A DNA stretch of 64,000 bases from an uncultured Hormoscilla sp. (GCA_963921275.4 OZ001293.3:2304001-2368000), one strand, 5' to 3'; counted from the stretch's first letter, positions 1 through 12,877 are shown. Notes: generated by a model from the letters alone, not told the origin. A program made the numbers and translations.

Positions 1-98
1 TGCTGTCCTGACTCTGATTCTATTGTACGATACATGTGGTGTCATATACCCTAGGGGTCATACACCTCAATATTTATAGGATCTCAGCAGTTCGGTAG

Positions 99-681
99 CT
101 AAAGCTTATGGGGAACGGGACCCCACCAGCCGGCAGGCTGCACATTGTTAGGGCGGGGCGCATTTAACTTATAAGTAGTATGAGCCCTTAAAGTCAGCGG
201 CTGCCAGTCCGATCCAGATCCAGGATTTCGATGCTGTTGGGGTCGAACGGTGCCCATCGTCCGGGGCAGAACCCCAATCAGCAGTGCTAGGGCCTCGTCC
301 GGTAATTGCCAGACAATGGATGGGCCAAAAAATTCTTTCAAGCTGAAAAGCAGTTTTTCCGATCGCTTGATGGGGTTTTTTTCCGATTCTGTAATTTTCT
401 GTAGCTAGCGCATCCATTGAATCCTTATATTATAAGCCTTTTGGCGTGCTTGAGAGGTTTTGACTCGCAGAGAGCACTGGTTCCCCGATCGCTATTACCC
501 CATTGTAGTCTGTTTCTACTGGAGAGAAAACCGCCGCACCAGGACCAACAAATTCTGCGTAGTGGGTCTTACAAACAATCAGACCACTTTTTTTTTCTGT
601 TCGCCCAGAACTAAAATCTCATCTGATGGTTGTATATAGCTGCCATTTTCCCGATCGAACTTTAGAACTTGTCTGTACATG
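99..681 (-). pseudogene. Frameshifted conserved-looking cyanobacterial hypothetical protein
   Basis: ATG at 681 behind GGAGG (MYRQVLKFDRENG...). The frame continues via shifts through ...HYAEFVGPGAAV...RIQWMRWLQKI... into ORF 99..341. Confidence 0.5.
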
Positions 682-1075
682 GTTTACCTCCCTATGCTGC
701 TATGTGCGTCGTGATTGTTAATTTTCTACTTAATTAAGCCTACATCACGGTCAGTAGCCGGCGTATTTTCAGCAGAACAACTTTACATAATCTTCTAATT
801 CACTTACTTAATTTCATACATTTTTTAACTTTAAGCGCATATCATTCCTCTGGAATTGGGAATTTTTGCAGGTAAATACGGAGAATGCTTAAAATTATAT
901 CAATATCTTTACTGATATAATCTCAGTTCTTCCACAGTTGGAGGTAATACCAGTTTGGCGATAGTTGCGGATATATACGGATGTCAAACAGCGCCTGCTA
1001 GATCGCATTTTGTCACATGCTCGTGGGGGCATTGGGGCGATCGCGCTAATCTCAATTGACAATATAGTGGAAAAA

Positions 1076-1447
1076 GGGAAGAGTAAGTCGTAAGCCGGGT
1101 TCTGTTGTCAAGGGCTGCGGTGCAACCCTCGATGGCGGTTATCTATCTGGGACGCCTGTTACCAGACGCCTCAAGCGGTTCTTTGCTGCGGAACTGGTAA
1201 AAGACCAACCGTGGTTCCTTCGACCTTGCACCCAACCGGGGTTTACCGAGCCAGCACCTCTCGATGCTGCTGGTGCGCTTTTACCGCACCTTTGCACCCT
1301 TACCATAAATGGCGGTATGTTTCTGTGGCACTATCCTCACGATCGCTCGCACTGGGCGTTACCCAGCAAGTTTGGTCTTTCGGGAGCCCGGACTTTCCTC
1401 AGACAGACTGCAACAGTCCATCTGCAACCGCCTCCCCTACTCTTCCC
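1076..1447 (-). ncRNA. rnpB: RNase P RNA (type A)
   Basis: Minus strand has GAGGAAAGTCCGGGCT near the 5' end and AACAGAACCCGGCTTA near the 3' end; the termini pair (GGGAAGAGTA / TACTCTTCCC). Confidence 0.97.
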
Positions 1448-1460
1448 TAGATCTAGTGTA

Positions 1461-2294
<834 letters not shown>

Positions 2295-2314
2295 TATCCT
2301 GGCTGAATGAATTT

Positions 2315-2368
2315 GTCAGTTGTGGGTGGTCAGTTGTGGGTGGTCAGTTGTGGGTGGTCAGTTGTCAG
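2315..2368. repeat. Heptamer-based short tandem repeat (STRR-like)
   Basis: GTCAGTTGTGGGTG repeated; similar tracts at about 15873-15922 and 28223-28248. Confidence 0.75.
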
Positions 2369-2529
2369 CACCGTCCCCTATAGCAGGTAATTCTGTCGAA
2401 GAAGCAAAAATACTTATACCATTTGAGAAAAGGCTGCTACTATAGAGCATGGAAATACGTCCCAGATCTGGTTTACTGTCGCAGGGATTTTTCATGTATG
2501 GTATTAGCCATAAAATATAAACTTAAACA

Positions 2530-3544
2530 GGGTGCATCTCAGTTAGGCGATGAGTATATTTACTCAGCACAAGTGGATTTACTGAGTCTGATTAGGCAAC
2601 TAATGCGCCATTCAGGTAGGCACAGCGATGCTTCAACACCTACGGTCCGCGGACGGCCCGAAAAATCGGCACATTCTCGGCTCGCCATTGTGCCCCCGGT
2701 AATTTCACCCTTAACCCAATTTGTTTCACCAGGGACTCAACCCGACCAGAGCCAATTGAGTGCCGAGCTGCCTGCCCGTTCGCGCAGCGGCCCGACGCCA
2801 GGAGGGCTAGCCTGGTAGCAGCCCTTGATTATCCTTGAAGAAAGCCACACTGCCTTGCTCATGGACATTTAAGGCTTTGTATTCTCGCCACTCACCAGGT
2901 TGACCCTCCACGGTCCGCGGACGGCCCGAAAAATCGGTACGAAGGCGAATCATGCCGCCATCCAAGCTGAGCTCCTGAATCGGTTCAGCTATCTCTACCT
3001 CAGACCAGTCCTCTCGTTGAACAAAGCGTTGGAGCGTACTGTGGGAGATGCTCACCCCAGTCAGCATCGCGAGATCTTGTACGGTCCGCGGACGGCCCGA
3101 AAAATCGGCTCTCTGGTAAGAGGCATTGGCACTGACGACCCAACAACATTTTTCCACATACGGACTCCAACGAGTTCCCGGTTTAACTTGCAGTTGTTGG
3201 GCTTGAGCAGTGGTGAGGGTTAGTTTGCCCAGGATACTGGTCAGGGTGCGCTGTTTTCCGGTGCGGCGGGAAGTCGCCGTGTTGATAAAAAAATTCCTAG
3301 TTGAGGCCAGACGTGTTCTTGGGCAAGCGCACGAACGTTTTTCTCAATGCCTTCAAGGGTGGTGAGTTCAGTGGGGTCGGCTTCCTGGTAGAGAATCGCG
3401 GCAATCGCGTCAAGATGTTGCTGGAGTTCAGCCTGCTTTTGGGAGTTCATGGGTCAAGGGTGGTCAACAGTGCCTAAATTATGTACCGTTTTGAGGGAGA
3501 CAAGCACTATGTATAATTACTCATCGCCTAACTGAGATGTACCC
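2530..3544 (-). mobile_element. ISKra4-like insertion sequence, internally deleted, transposase pseudogene
   Basis: About 27-bp terminal inverted repeats (GGGTGCATCTCAGTTAGGCGATGAGTA / TACTCATCGCCTAACTGAGATGTACCC) and 8-bp target duplication CTTAAACA. Transposase fragments: MNSQKQAELQQHLDAIAAILY..., SLDGGMIRLRT and VLKHRCAYLNG. Confidence 0.85.
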
Positions 3545-3808
3545 CTTAAACAATCCTGAGTTACTCGAACATCTAGCAAAACAAAGTCAGCCAATTCAGC
3601 AGATCTTTAACCGTGCCATAGAACTTGCGGGTAATGACGCTATCTTGAGACAGGAAACCATCGAGAATCTGCGGCTGCACAAGCAGGGAAGTTTGAGTAC
3701 GAGGGCGCTAGAAGCATCTCTCTGGGACTTAGTTAATTTTCTGGAGCGGTATAGTCAAAGAGTTTCCGGTGACTTTGCTTCTCGCTTTCGGCGTCTGCAC
3801 AGACAAAA
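3545..3808 (+). pseudogene. Truncated paralog of the toxin-like gene at 45041
   Basis: LNNPELLEHLAKQSQ...FASRFRRLHRQN is nearly identical to 45041..; its start region lies left of the IS (about 2450-2529) and it breaks off at about 3808. Confidence 0.8.
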
Positions 3809-4844
3809 CTTCGATGTCCCCCAGAGGGGACGCGCTACATGCGCTGCGCGCACGCTTGGGAGTATACTACTGCCAAGGCTAAAATTGCGACCTCTGGCTT
3901 GGGAGCAGAAATTGAAAGCTGGTCCAGACTGTGGAAGTTAGGGCGATCGCACTCAGCAGCATCGGGATTATCCCATCATCTGACTCTGATTGGTAATAGG
4001 AGTGATCGCTTCTCTGACTCTCTGATAATTTCGGCATCACAGCAGTTGCGATCGTCATTATTCCCAGCAGCAATAGCAGGGGGACGGTAATGTCATAACC
4101 TGTTAATCCTAACACGCCTCCGACTGCTAGTCCTATTACTCCAGGTGCGGCAAAGATGCCAGGACCAATGGTGCGATCGTAGCATTAAATGCCAAAGTAC
4201 CCCCGCCTACATGGAAAAATGCAGAGCCAATTCCTGCTAAGATAACGGCTATAGTGCTTGGTCCCCCCTGTCCCAATACCTCTCGATTAAGCATCTTATC
4301 TGTCATTGCGAAGGGGGGGTACGCAGCGATTAACTTATGCGTTCATGTTCGTTAACCCCCCCCGAAGCAATCCCCCCGCCCCGTATGAGAGGAAAAGCGC
4401 TTCGGCGTCGTCGATGAGATTGCTAGCCCTCCTGCGCTTGTTGCGAGGCACGAAGCAATCTGCCGCTGCGCTAACCTATGCCTTACTCACATATTTCTTA
4501 ACAATTGTAGCAACAATCACGATTGGCAAATATGAGTCTATTGTTTTTTCAATAAAACCTATATATTATCAATAAGCCCGCCATTGAATTGGATATCTGG
4601 TGAAGAGTCAGCTCCTTTTTTGTTTGAGCACAAGTCTTTTGAGTAATTGTACCAGTTCACCACAAGAAATTCTTCTATAAAGTTGTGAACTGGCACGGTT
4701 CATTCAGTTCTACTTCCGGCGCTCAATTGTCAGATAAGGGCCGGACTATTGACGACCGTCCGGGCGAGAGAGTGAATTTACACTTATGGAGTTAAACATA
4801 CTTTTTCATATTTTGGGACAGAGACGAATCTAGAGAATCGCTTG

Positions 4845-5926
4845 AGCTAGAATTCAAGTATCAGCTATGTCATGCAAGCGTCGTAACCCTTGCCAAATAG
4901 TTTTCACCCCTGGTTCATTATCCCGTTTTCGTCCTAAAAAACCACCTAATTTAGCAATCCAATGAATACAAGTCTTTATTGTTGGCGTCGCCTCTAGTGG
5001 TGTCGAAGTTTTATTTATCGTGCAGTAAAGAGCTTGCTACTCATGGGTTTCTAAAATACTATCTGCTGGGGCCTCCGGGTTGTAACGAGCTTCATAAGTA
5101 AGCCACAATAATCGCCATGCCACGATTGTATAAGTGGCTAAAGCCCTTTCAATGCGATCTGCTGTTTCTAGTTGTAGTTGTTCTTTTCGACAACCACTTT
5201 TTAGGACATAATGATAACGTTCAATTAACCAACGATAGCTATACCAACGCAGGCACCACGTCATCAAAGCCAGTAATCGTCAGCGTCGTTAACAACAACC
5301 AGCTAACCCGGTCAACTCCAGAAGGTGGATGCTCTTCTTCTGCCAGAATTACTTGTATTTTAATTGGCTTTAATGATTTGTAGTGAATATGTGTTTTGGG
5401 TGGTTGAATCTCTACCGAAGTGCTACCCAGGGTTAAGGTTGCTTCGCGAGCCTTTCTCTCGGGATTTTTTGATAATTCTATCGTCACAACTCCTACGGGA
5501 GAAACTTTGTAGATAGCTGATTCTAATTTCTCTACTTCCTCTGAATCAACTGATTTTACAGAACGGTTCTAATAAGCGCGAATTAGAAGCATGCTCTGAA
5601 TTCTCAGAGCGAGGCAAGGCCAAAAAATCATAAATATCTGCCTCCCGATCCGCCACTGTCACCACTGTAACATCTGATGGTATCACTGCTTCCGTTGCCG
5701 ATAGCGAGTCCAGCCACCGCTGGCTTTCTTTATCTTTTGTTTCTATGAATCTGTCGAGAATGCTTCTTGCCAATATCAGAAATATCCCGTGCCCTGCTGA
5801 TTTAACACTCAAGGGCGGTACTCCTGTCCCACTGGTACAAAAAACCGAGTGAACTTTTAGTCCTCGACTGGTTCTACAATTCCATTTGCCCCATTCCTTT
5901 TTTACTGGGATGGTGCGTAAAATTTA
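4845..5926 (-). mobile_element. IS4-family (IS50/Tn5-like) transposase pseudogene, 3' part
   Basis: Fragments KESQRWL, VTVADREADIYD, WLLLTTL, YRWLIERYHYVLKSGC and PGVKTIWQGLRRL; left boundary approximate. Confidence 0.85.
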
Positions 5927-6795
5927 GGGCGTGTCATCAATTAAGCCATATTACAGCTGCCGCGAGGTAGATGGCACCCAAGAAATTGCGAGCCGTTTTA
6001 TCGTAGCGTGTCGCCAGAGCCCTGTATTGCTTGAGTTTTTGGAATAGATTTTCAATTAGATGCCGCCACTTGTACATTTCTTCATCGTATTCTCTGTGTT
6101 CTGTGCGGTTACTTTTTGGAGGAATGACAGCCATCCAATCCGCCTCTTTCAGGCGCTCGAGCACACGTTGTTCCGCATCATAGGCTTTATCTGCAAGCAG
6201 CGCGCCAATCTCACCGATTTTATCCAATAGCACGTCAGCGCCTTGTAAGTCGTGGGCTTGGCCAGGGGTAAGATGAAATCCTGTGGGATTGCCTTGGGCA
6301 ATCGCAAGTGGCATGAATCTTTGTCGATAGTCCCCCTTTACTACGGCCTATGGCTTGGGTTTCGCACGTAAGGGTGTTTTTTTTTGCACCCGCACGCTCG
6401 TTGATGGGCACGCAGGATGGTGGCATCAATCGCGGCGTATTCGTTATCGGCGTCTGAGGCCAAGACATCGAATACCTGCTTCCAAACTCCCTTTTCAGAC
6501 CAACGGGTATGGCGGGTATGAACAACCCGAAAATCCCCAAAACACTCCGGTAAATCCCGCCAGGGAATGCCAGCACGATATCGATATAACACGGCAGAAC
6601 ACGAATAATCTATTGTTCTTGGCTGTAGCGCCTGGGTCACCCTCTTTACCAGGTAAAAGGTGTTCGATCCGTTCCCACTGGTCGTCTCGCAAGCCATAGC
6701 GTCTCATATCATGCCCTCTTGATTGTTATTGCTGGATAAGGACTCCATACCGTATCCATCTACTTCTGTCAAGCAATTTGATTGATGACACACCC
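5927..6795 (-). mobile_element. IS5-family element copy 1 (frameshifted transposase)
   Basis: TIRs GGGTGTGTCATCAA / TTGATGACACGCCC with TA flanks; motifs PWRDLP, LADKAYD, RHLIENLFQKLKQYRALATRYDK. Confidence 0.92.
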
Positions 6796-6798
6796 TAA

Positions 6799-7068
6799 TT
6801 ATTTTGATTCAGTCGGCAGATATTTCTCTAGCATTCGTTCCACTTGCTGCACCTTAGCACGAGGGGAAGGACGAGGCAGCTGCTGTTCCGTACCAGTATC
6901 TACAGTCAGCACAGGTACTTCATACTGATAAGCAGCAAACCAATCTTCGCGACTGGTAATGTCTCGTACTTCCAGCTGGAAGTTTATGTTTTCAATCTGT
7001 TCTAATTTTTCTTGCAGTCCAGCGCACAAATGGCAGCCCTGCTTGCTGTACAATATTAAGCGATGCAT
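6799..7068 (-). CDS. Glutaredoxin-like (thioredoxin fold, DUF836-type) protein
   Basis: LYSKQGCHLC CxxC motif and YEVPVL. Confidence 0.85.
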   Translation of the reverse strand: MHRLILYSKQGCHLCAGLQEKLEQIENINFQLEVRDITSREDWFAAYQYEVPVLTVDTGTEQQLPRPSPRAKVQQVERMLEKYLPTESK

Positions 7069-7218
7069 AGTTCGAGCATATCACTTTCGGGGGCATCTTG
7101 ATTATATAACTTGACATGGACAATAAACAGATCTTGCCATAATTAAGAAACCCAGTGTTAGCTTCACACCGGGTTTCTCTATCACTCCTGTGCTATTCCT
7201 TGTCAAGTGGGCATCACC

Positions 7219-7896
7219 CTATTTGCCGATTTTTCGCGCAGCGATCGCCGACTTGGCCATCTTCACCAGAGTTTCTTTCTTGCCAGCCTTGATGCCCAGA
7301 GTATAGCGACTCCCCTTGTGGTCCCAACTTATGGTAGCATCAGAGCAATTAGCGCCACAAGTAGCCTCGACAAAATAGCCAGTAATCCCCGATGCCAGGT
7401 CTACTTTCTCACCAGTCAATTCTTTAACTGCCGGTGTTAATGTTTCTGCCGAAATCATACCCAAACGACAGACCGTTCCTCCATTGCAGTCTTCTGTATA
7501 ACCCAGCATAATCTCATACTTGTTGTCCGATGTTGCTGGTGAGACGATCGGATAGATGGGGACGTAATCCGCTTCGGGAACGAAGCCCGGTAATAATAGA
7601 GATAGCTGTGTTTGCTGCTGTAGTTGTGGTACAACAGACTCAAAAATCTGGTGCGGTTCGGGCTTGGTGCTGTTGTCAACATTGTCCGGGGGCTGCACAA
7701 CCCCTGATTGGTTTACCTCTGAAATCTGGTGCGGTTCGGGCTTGGTGCTGTTGTCAACATTGTCCGGAGGCTGCACAACCCCTGATTGGTTTACCTCTGA
7801 TTTGTTTTTTGACGTTATTGTCTTGAACAATATTAGAGATGTTGACAGCAGGACAGCCGTCACCAACAGAATTGTTTTCACATGTTTGACAGACAT
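7219..7896 (-). CDS. Secreted Cys-containing hypothetical protein with internal 66-bp duplication
   Basis: Hydrophobic N-terminus; 22-aa repeat SEVNQSGVVQPPDNVDNSTKPEPHQI twice; motifs CNGGTVCRLG and CGANCSDATISW. Confidence 0.75.
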   Translation of the reverse strand: MSVKHVKTILLVTAVLLSTSLILFKTITSKNKSEVNQSGVVQPPDNVDNSTKPEPHQISEVNQSGVVQPPDNVDNSTKPEPHQIFESVVPQLQQQTQLSLLLPGFVPEADYVPIYPIVSPATSDNKYEIMLGYTEDCNGGTVCRLGMISAETLTPAVKELTGEKVDLASGITGYFVEATCGANCSDATISWDHKGSRYTLGIKAGKKETLVKMAKSAIAARKIGK

Positions 7897-7911
7897 GATA
7901 TCTCTCCTGGA

Positions 7912-9250
7912 TTAAAGTACTTTATAATATGCTTTGGCGATCGCCTCAATCCAAGCTGCGCGATCAAGACCATTGACAATGCGTCGGGCATAGTAAAAAT
8001 ATCGCCAGTAACCCCAGATATATTGACCCAACCTATGACCGGTAAAGGTTCCATCCCGCATCCCTCTGACCAGGATCTTGGCGGCGATCTTTGGTTCCGC
8101 TGCTCGTTCGGGAAAATTCACCAGATCGATTCCCAGGCGATCGGACCAATAGGTATAATTTCGCCGTCCCGTGATTTGTACAAAGCCTCGTCCCTTATAG
8201 CGCGGTCCATCTCCTGGCTGATTATTCCCCAAGTCCTCTCGCCCCTCATAGGCCCAACCGCTGGCCAATTCTTCCATCCACTTTCCTAGACCAGATTCAT
8301 GTTCCGCTGTTGCTAAAATGTAGGCGATTTGTCCCAGATCGCTCACCCCACTCCGATCGCACTCCCGCAGGATTAAAGGAATTGACTCCCAAGCATAGGG
8401 ACGCAGACCCAGATACTGAGGAATTGATTTGATTATCCTGTTCAAATTCCGATAACCTATCTGCTTATTATAGCCCAAATACTCTTTTACAGGGGAGTTC
8501 CATAATTCTGACTCGATTTCCTGACCCACAAGGCCATTCGCCACCGTCTCGCCGATCCCCATGAACTGGTCATACATGCCCATCTCTTCCCTCAGAAATC
8601 CCTGTCTTATCGGTATTTCTCGCATCGGCTCCACTAACTCTCTCAACCCATTCTCTCCCAACTCATTGGCCATCTCGACCAGAGTTTCTTTCTTGCTGGC
8701 CTTGAGGCCCAGAGTATAGCGACTCCCATTCTGGTCCCAACTTATGGTAGCATCAGAGCAATTAGCTCCACAACTGGCATCGACAAAATAGCCGGTAATC
8801 CCTGTCCCTAGAGATGTTTCCGAACCAGTCAGTTTCTCTTGTACCTGGGTTAATTTTTCTGCTGTTATTATACCCAAACGGCAAGCGGTTCCCCCATAGC
8901 AGCGTCTTGCGTAATTCAGCCTAATCTTGTTCTTGTCCGAAGTTGGTGATGTCAGGTTCAGATGGATAGTAGACTCGCGAGTCAACTCGCAGTTTAATGA
9001 GTTACGAATGATTTCACGAATCTTGCGACTATTCCTTTCAGAAATTGCTCGTCTGACCGGTCTTCTCAGCCTTTGAGCAATTGCTGGTCTGACCGGTACT
9101 TAATTTGGTTGTGGGTCAACCGTCTCCGGCGGCTTTACCGCTGATGCTGATTGCGTTTTTGACGTTATTGTATCGAACAATATTATTGAGGTTGACACGA
9201 TGACAACCGTCAGCAACAGCAGAATTCTTTTCATATGTTTGACAGACATG
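7912..9250 (-). pseudogene. Chimeric/disrupted locus: secreted Cys-domain fused to a GH19-like (lysozyme/chitinase) domain
   Basis: Signal-peptide start near 9250 is paralogous to 7896. ORF 7912..8985 has CGANCSDATISW, then IAYILATAEHES, DGPRYKGRGFVQITGRRNY and ARRIVNG. Confidence 0.7.
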
Positions 9251-9279
9251 ATATCTTGTAGAAGTTAAAGGACTCGATA

Positions 9280-9477
9280 ATTCTGCCGCGCTCGCCTCAA
9301 GCTGGGCGGCGCGATCGAGACTATTGACAATGGGTCATTGTCAATAGTCTCGGCGGGCACCCCGAATACAATCATCCAACCTGTGACCGGTAAAGGTTTC
9401 ATACTGCATCCCGATTACTAGAATCTTGGCGGCTATCTCTGGTTCCCCTGCTTTTTGAGATTCACCAGATCGATTCC
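9280..9477 (-). pseudogene. Remnant of another GH19-like C-terminus
   Basis: DNA similarity to 7950-8135; truncated at a GGGTGTGGTCAAAA element end at about 9478. Confidence 0.6.
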
Positions 9478-9787
9478 GGGTGTGGTCAAAACCCGTTGAT
9501 ACGCTACAAGGCATGGGATCCCCCCCCAGCCCCCCCTTCCAAAAGCTATGCTTTACTCACATATTTCTTAACAATCTGAAATCCTTACACCGTCTTGATT
9601 TGAGTACAATTGCTTCAAAAAAGTTAACAATATACTTCCACTAAGTTAATATATAGTCCGATACGAAATGCGCTACGCGCTGTCGGAACCCTCGCCAGTG
9701 CTAAAAAGTAAAATAATGATTAAATAAAACGACTCTTGCTTCTGGCGTTGCTAATATTGTAGAGAGCACGAAGAGCAAAAATTATCC

Positions 9788-10077
9788 ATGGACAGAAAAA
9801 TATGAAGTCTTGAGCCGCAGAAGAACTAAAATCTGCTGATTTGGGCGATCGCCGTCGCCACATTCATACTGGTAAAAATTGTATCAGATTTAGCAGAACA
9901 ACCCAATGCTACGGTACCACAAGCTTGTGGAGATTGGGCAGGGACCCAAGCACAAATGACTTTTGGGCAAATCCACAGATTCAAGCGGAAGCGATTCGCG
10001 ATTGCCACCAACAAAGTACGCTCTCCCGAGTCAAACAACATGAAACGATTTTAGCAATTCAGGACACCACCGAACTA
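9788..10077 (+). mobile_element. IS4-family transposase pseudogene, 5' part
   Basis: ADLGDRRR, PNATVPQACGDWA and ILAIQDTTEL end at IS5 copy 2; the continuation NFTHHP lies on the minus strand below 5926. Confidence 0.85.
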
Positions 10078-10950
10078 GGGTGTGTCATCAATCAAATTGC
10101 TTGACAGAAATAGATGGATACGGTATGGAGTCCTTATCCAGCAATAACAATCAAGAGGGCATGATATGAGACGCTATGGCTTGCGAGACGACCAGTGGGA
10201 ACGGATCGAACACCTTTTACCTGGTAAAGAGGGTGACCCAGGCGCTACAGCCAAGAACAATAGATTATTCGTGTTCTGCCGTGTTATATCGATATCGTGC
10301 TGGCATTCCCTGGCGGGATTTACCGGAGTGTTTTGGGGATTTTCGGGTTGTTCATACCCGCCATACCCGTTGGTCTGAAAAGGGAGTTTGGAAGCAGGTA
10401 TTCGATGTCTTGGCCTCAGACGCCGATAACGAATACGCCGCGATTGATGCCACCATCCTGCGTGCCCATCAACGAGCGTGCGGGTGCAAAAAAAAACACC
10501 CTCAGATACGTGCGAAACCCAAGCCATAGGCCGTAGTAAAGGGGGACTATCGACAAAGATTCATGCCACTTGCGATTGCCCAAGGCAATCCCACAGGATT
10601 TCATCTTACCCCTGGCCAAGCCCACGACGGGAAAGGCGCTGACGTGCTATTGGATAAAATCGGTGAGATTGGCGCGCTGCTTGCAGATAAAGCCTATGAT
10701 GCGGAACAACGTGTGCTCGAGCGCCTGAAAGAGGCGAATTGGATGGCTGTCATTCCTCCAAAAAGTAACCGCACAGAACACAGAGAATACGATGAAGAAA
10801 TGTACAAGTGGCGGCATCTAATTGAAAATCTATTCCAAAAACTCAAGCAATACAGGGCTCTGGCGACACGCTACGATAAAACGGCTCGCAATTTCTTGGG
10901 TGCCATCTACCTCGCGGCAGCTGTAATATGGCTTAATTGATGACACGCCC
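10078..10950 (+). mobile_element. IS5-family element copy 2 (frameshifted transposase)
   Basis: Near-identical inverted copy of 5927..6795 with the same TIRs. Confidence 0.92.
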
Positions 10951-11365
10951 TAGTTACTCTGTAGGGAGAAAACCCCCTGGTTTTAGCTAAATATTATCAG
11001 TTTAGCTAGAAGTTATACTGGAATGACGATTGAGAACTAAGGAAGAAGTCCTCTCGTTTTTAGGCTCAGCCTAGAAATGCTTGTTTGAGGCTCCGCCTCC
11101 AGTGAGGGAAAAAGGATGCCCTCACTCTCCTTTAAGTACATAGGCAAAATTATTTGTCTATGAGCTCCTCACAGAGCAAGCGTTTTAGGCGGATTCGATA
11201 TAAAAATAATTTTGCACAACCACTTAGCTGCCGTCGGAAGCATTCGCCTCGAAGGGGGTGCGTTCCCTGCCTTCGACAGGGAAAGAGTGGGAGCATCAGG
11301 GGCGGCGCGTTCCCTGCTAGAACTAGGGAAGGAGTGGTCGAAAATATTTAAGGAGTTGGAAAAAA

Positions 11366-12877
11366 ATGAAGTTGCGAGAGTTATTGGCAAGCATTCCTAA
11401 TTTAGAAATACCAGACCATGAGGAGATCGACTCTGAGGTGAAGGGGTTAAGTACGAATTCCCAGACATGCAAACCGGGAGATTTATTTATCGGAATGCCG
11501 GGTACGCGAGTGGATGGGGGAGAGTTCTGGGAAAGCGCGATCGCCTCAGGGGCATGCGCGGCCCTAATTTCTCCAGAAGCCGCCCAAGGTTCCCAGGTAG
11601 AACCAGGGAACGAGAAAGCCAAAGATAATTGTATTATTCCCGTAACAGATATGAGGGAAGCCTGTGCCCAGGTAGCAGCTGCTTTCTACAAATATCCAGC
11701 ATCGCAGCTGCAACTGATAGGCGTCACGGGCACGAATGGCAAAACTACTACTACCCATCTGATTGAATTTCTGCTTGCCCAAGCCCAAAAGCAACCAGCA
11801 CTTTTTGGTACATTATATGCCCGTTGGGCAGGTTTCCAACAAACTGCCGTGCATACGACGCCTTTTGCCCTGGAGTTGCAGCAACAACTGGCCCAGGCAG
11901 TAGCTGCTGGTTGTAGGCAGGGCATAATGGAAGTGAGTTCCCATGCTTTGTCACAAGGACGGGTGTTGGGTTGCGGCTTTGAGGTGGCCGTATTTACCAA
12001 TCTTACCCAGGATCATCTGGACTTCCATAAAGATATGGAAGATTATTTTGCAGCTAAGGCCCTACTGTTTAGCCCGACCTATCTGCAAGGACGGGCGATA
12101 ATTAATGTCGATGACGAGTACGGACGGCGGTTATGTGACCGGTTGCAGCCCGCACAGCTGTGGCGATACAGTACCCATAATGCTGAGGCCGATCTTTGGA
12201 CGAGTGACATTACCTATGAACCATCGGGAGTGAAAGGCATCCTACATACACCGGTGGGTACAGCGCCTTTCCGATCGCCTTTGGTGGGCGAGTTCAATGT
12301 TGGAAATTTGCTGGGGGCTGTGGGGGCGGCTTTACATCTGGGCATAGACTTAAACTCGATCGTGGAGAAATTGCCGCAATTTCCCGGGGTGCCCGGACGA
12401 ATGGAACGGGTGCAAATAACTCCCGAACAAGAGATTATCGTGATTGTCGATTATGCTCACACTCCCGATAGTTTGGAGAATTTGCTCCGGGCATCGAGAC
12501 CGTTTATTCCCGGAAAGATGATTTGCGTGTTTGGTTGCGGGGGCGATCGCGATCGGACGAAGCGCCCGGTTATGGGTAAAATTGCCGCAGAGCTTTCAAA
12601 CCTGCCGGTGGTAACCTCGGACAATCCCCGGACGGAAGACCCGAAAAAAATTTTACAAGATATCCTGGCCGGAATCCCGTCGGGCATAGAGCCGGTGGTG
12701 CTCGGCGATCGGGCGACTGCCATTAGAACTGCGATCCTGAAAGCGCAACCGGGAGACGGAGTCTTGATCGCCGGTAAAGGTCACGAAGATTATCAGATTC
12801 TCGGCACGGAAAAGATCCATTTTGACGATCGGGAACAGGCGCGATTGGCTTTACAAATGCGAATTGACCGGGGCTAA
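11366..12877 (+). CDS. murE: UDP-N-acetylmuramoyl-tripeptide synthetase MurE
   Basis: GVTGTNGKTT, MEVSSH, FTNLTQDHLDFH, DYAHTPD, DNPR, AGKGHE. Confidence 0.97.
   Translation: MKLRELLASIPNLEIPDHEEIDSEVKGLSTNSQTCKPGDLFIGMPGTRVDGGEFWESAIASGACAALISPEAAQGSQVEPGNEKAKDNCIIPVTDMREACAQVAAAFYKYPASQLQLIGVTGTNGKTTTTHLIEFLLAQAQKQPALFGTLYARWAGFQQTAVHTTPFALELQQQLAQAVAAGCRQGIMEVSSHALSQGRVLGCGFEVAVFTNLTQDHLDFHKDMEDYFAAKALLFSPTYLQGRAIINVDDEYGRRLCDRLQPAQLWRYSTHNAEADLWTSDITYEPSGVKGILHTPVGTAPFRSPLVGEFNVGNLLGAVGAALHLGIDLNSIVEKLPQFPGVPGRMERVQITPEQEIIVIVDYAHTPDSLENLLRASRPFIPGKMICVFGCGGDRDRTKRPVMGKIAAELSNLPVVTSDNPRTEDPKKILQDILAGIPSGIEPVVLGDRATAIRTAILKAQPGDGVLIAGKGHEDYQILGTEKIHFDDREQARLALQMRIDRG

Noticed and set aside
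1211..1450. 79-aa ORF
   Set aside because: Antisense to rnpB.
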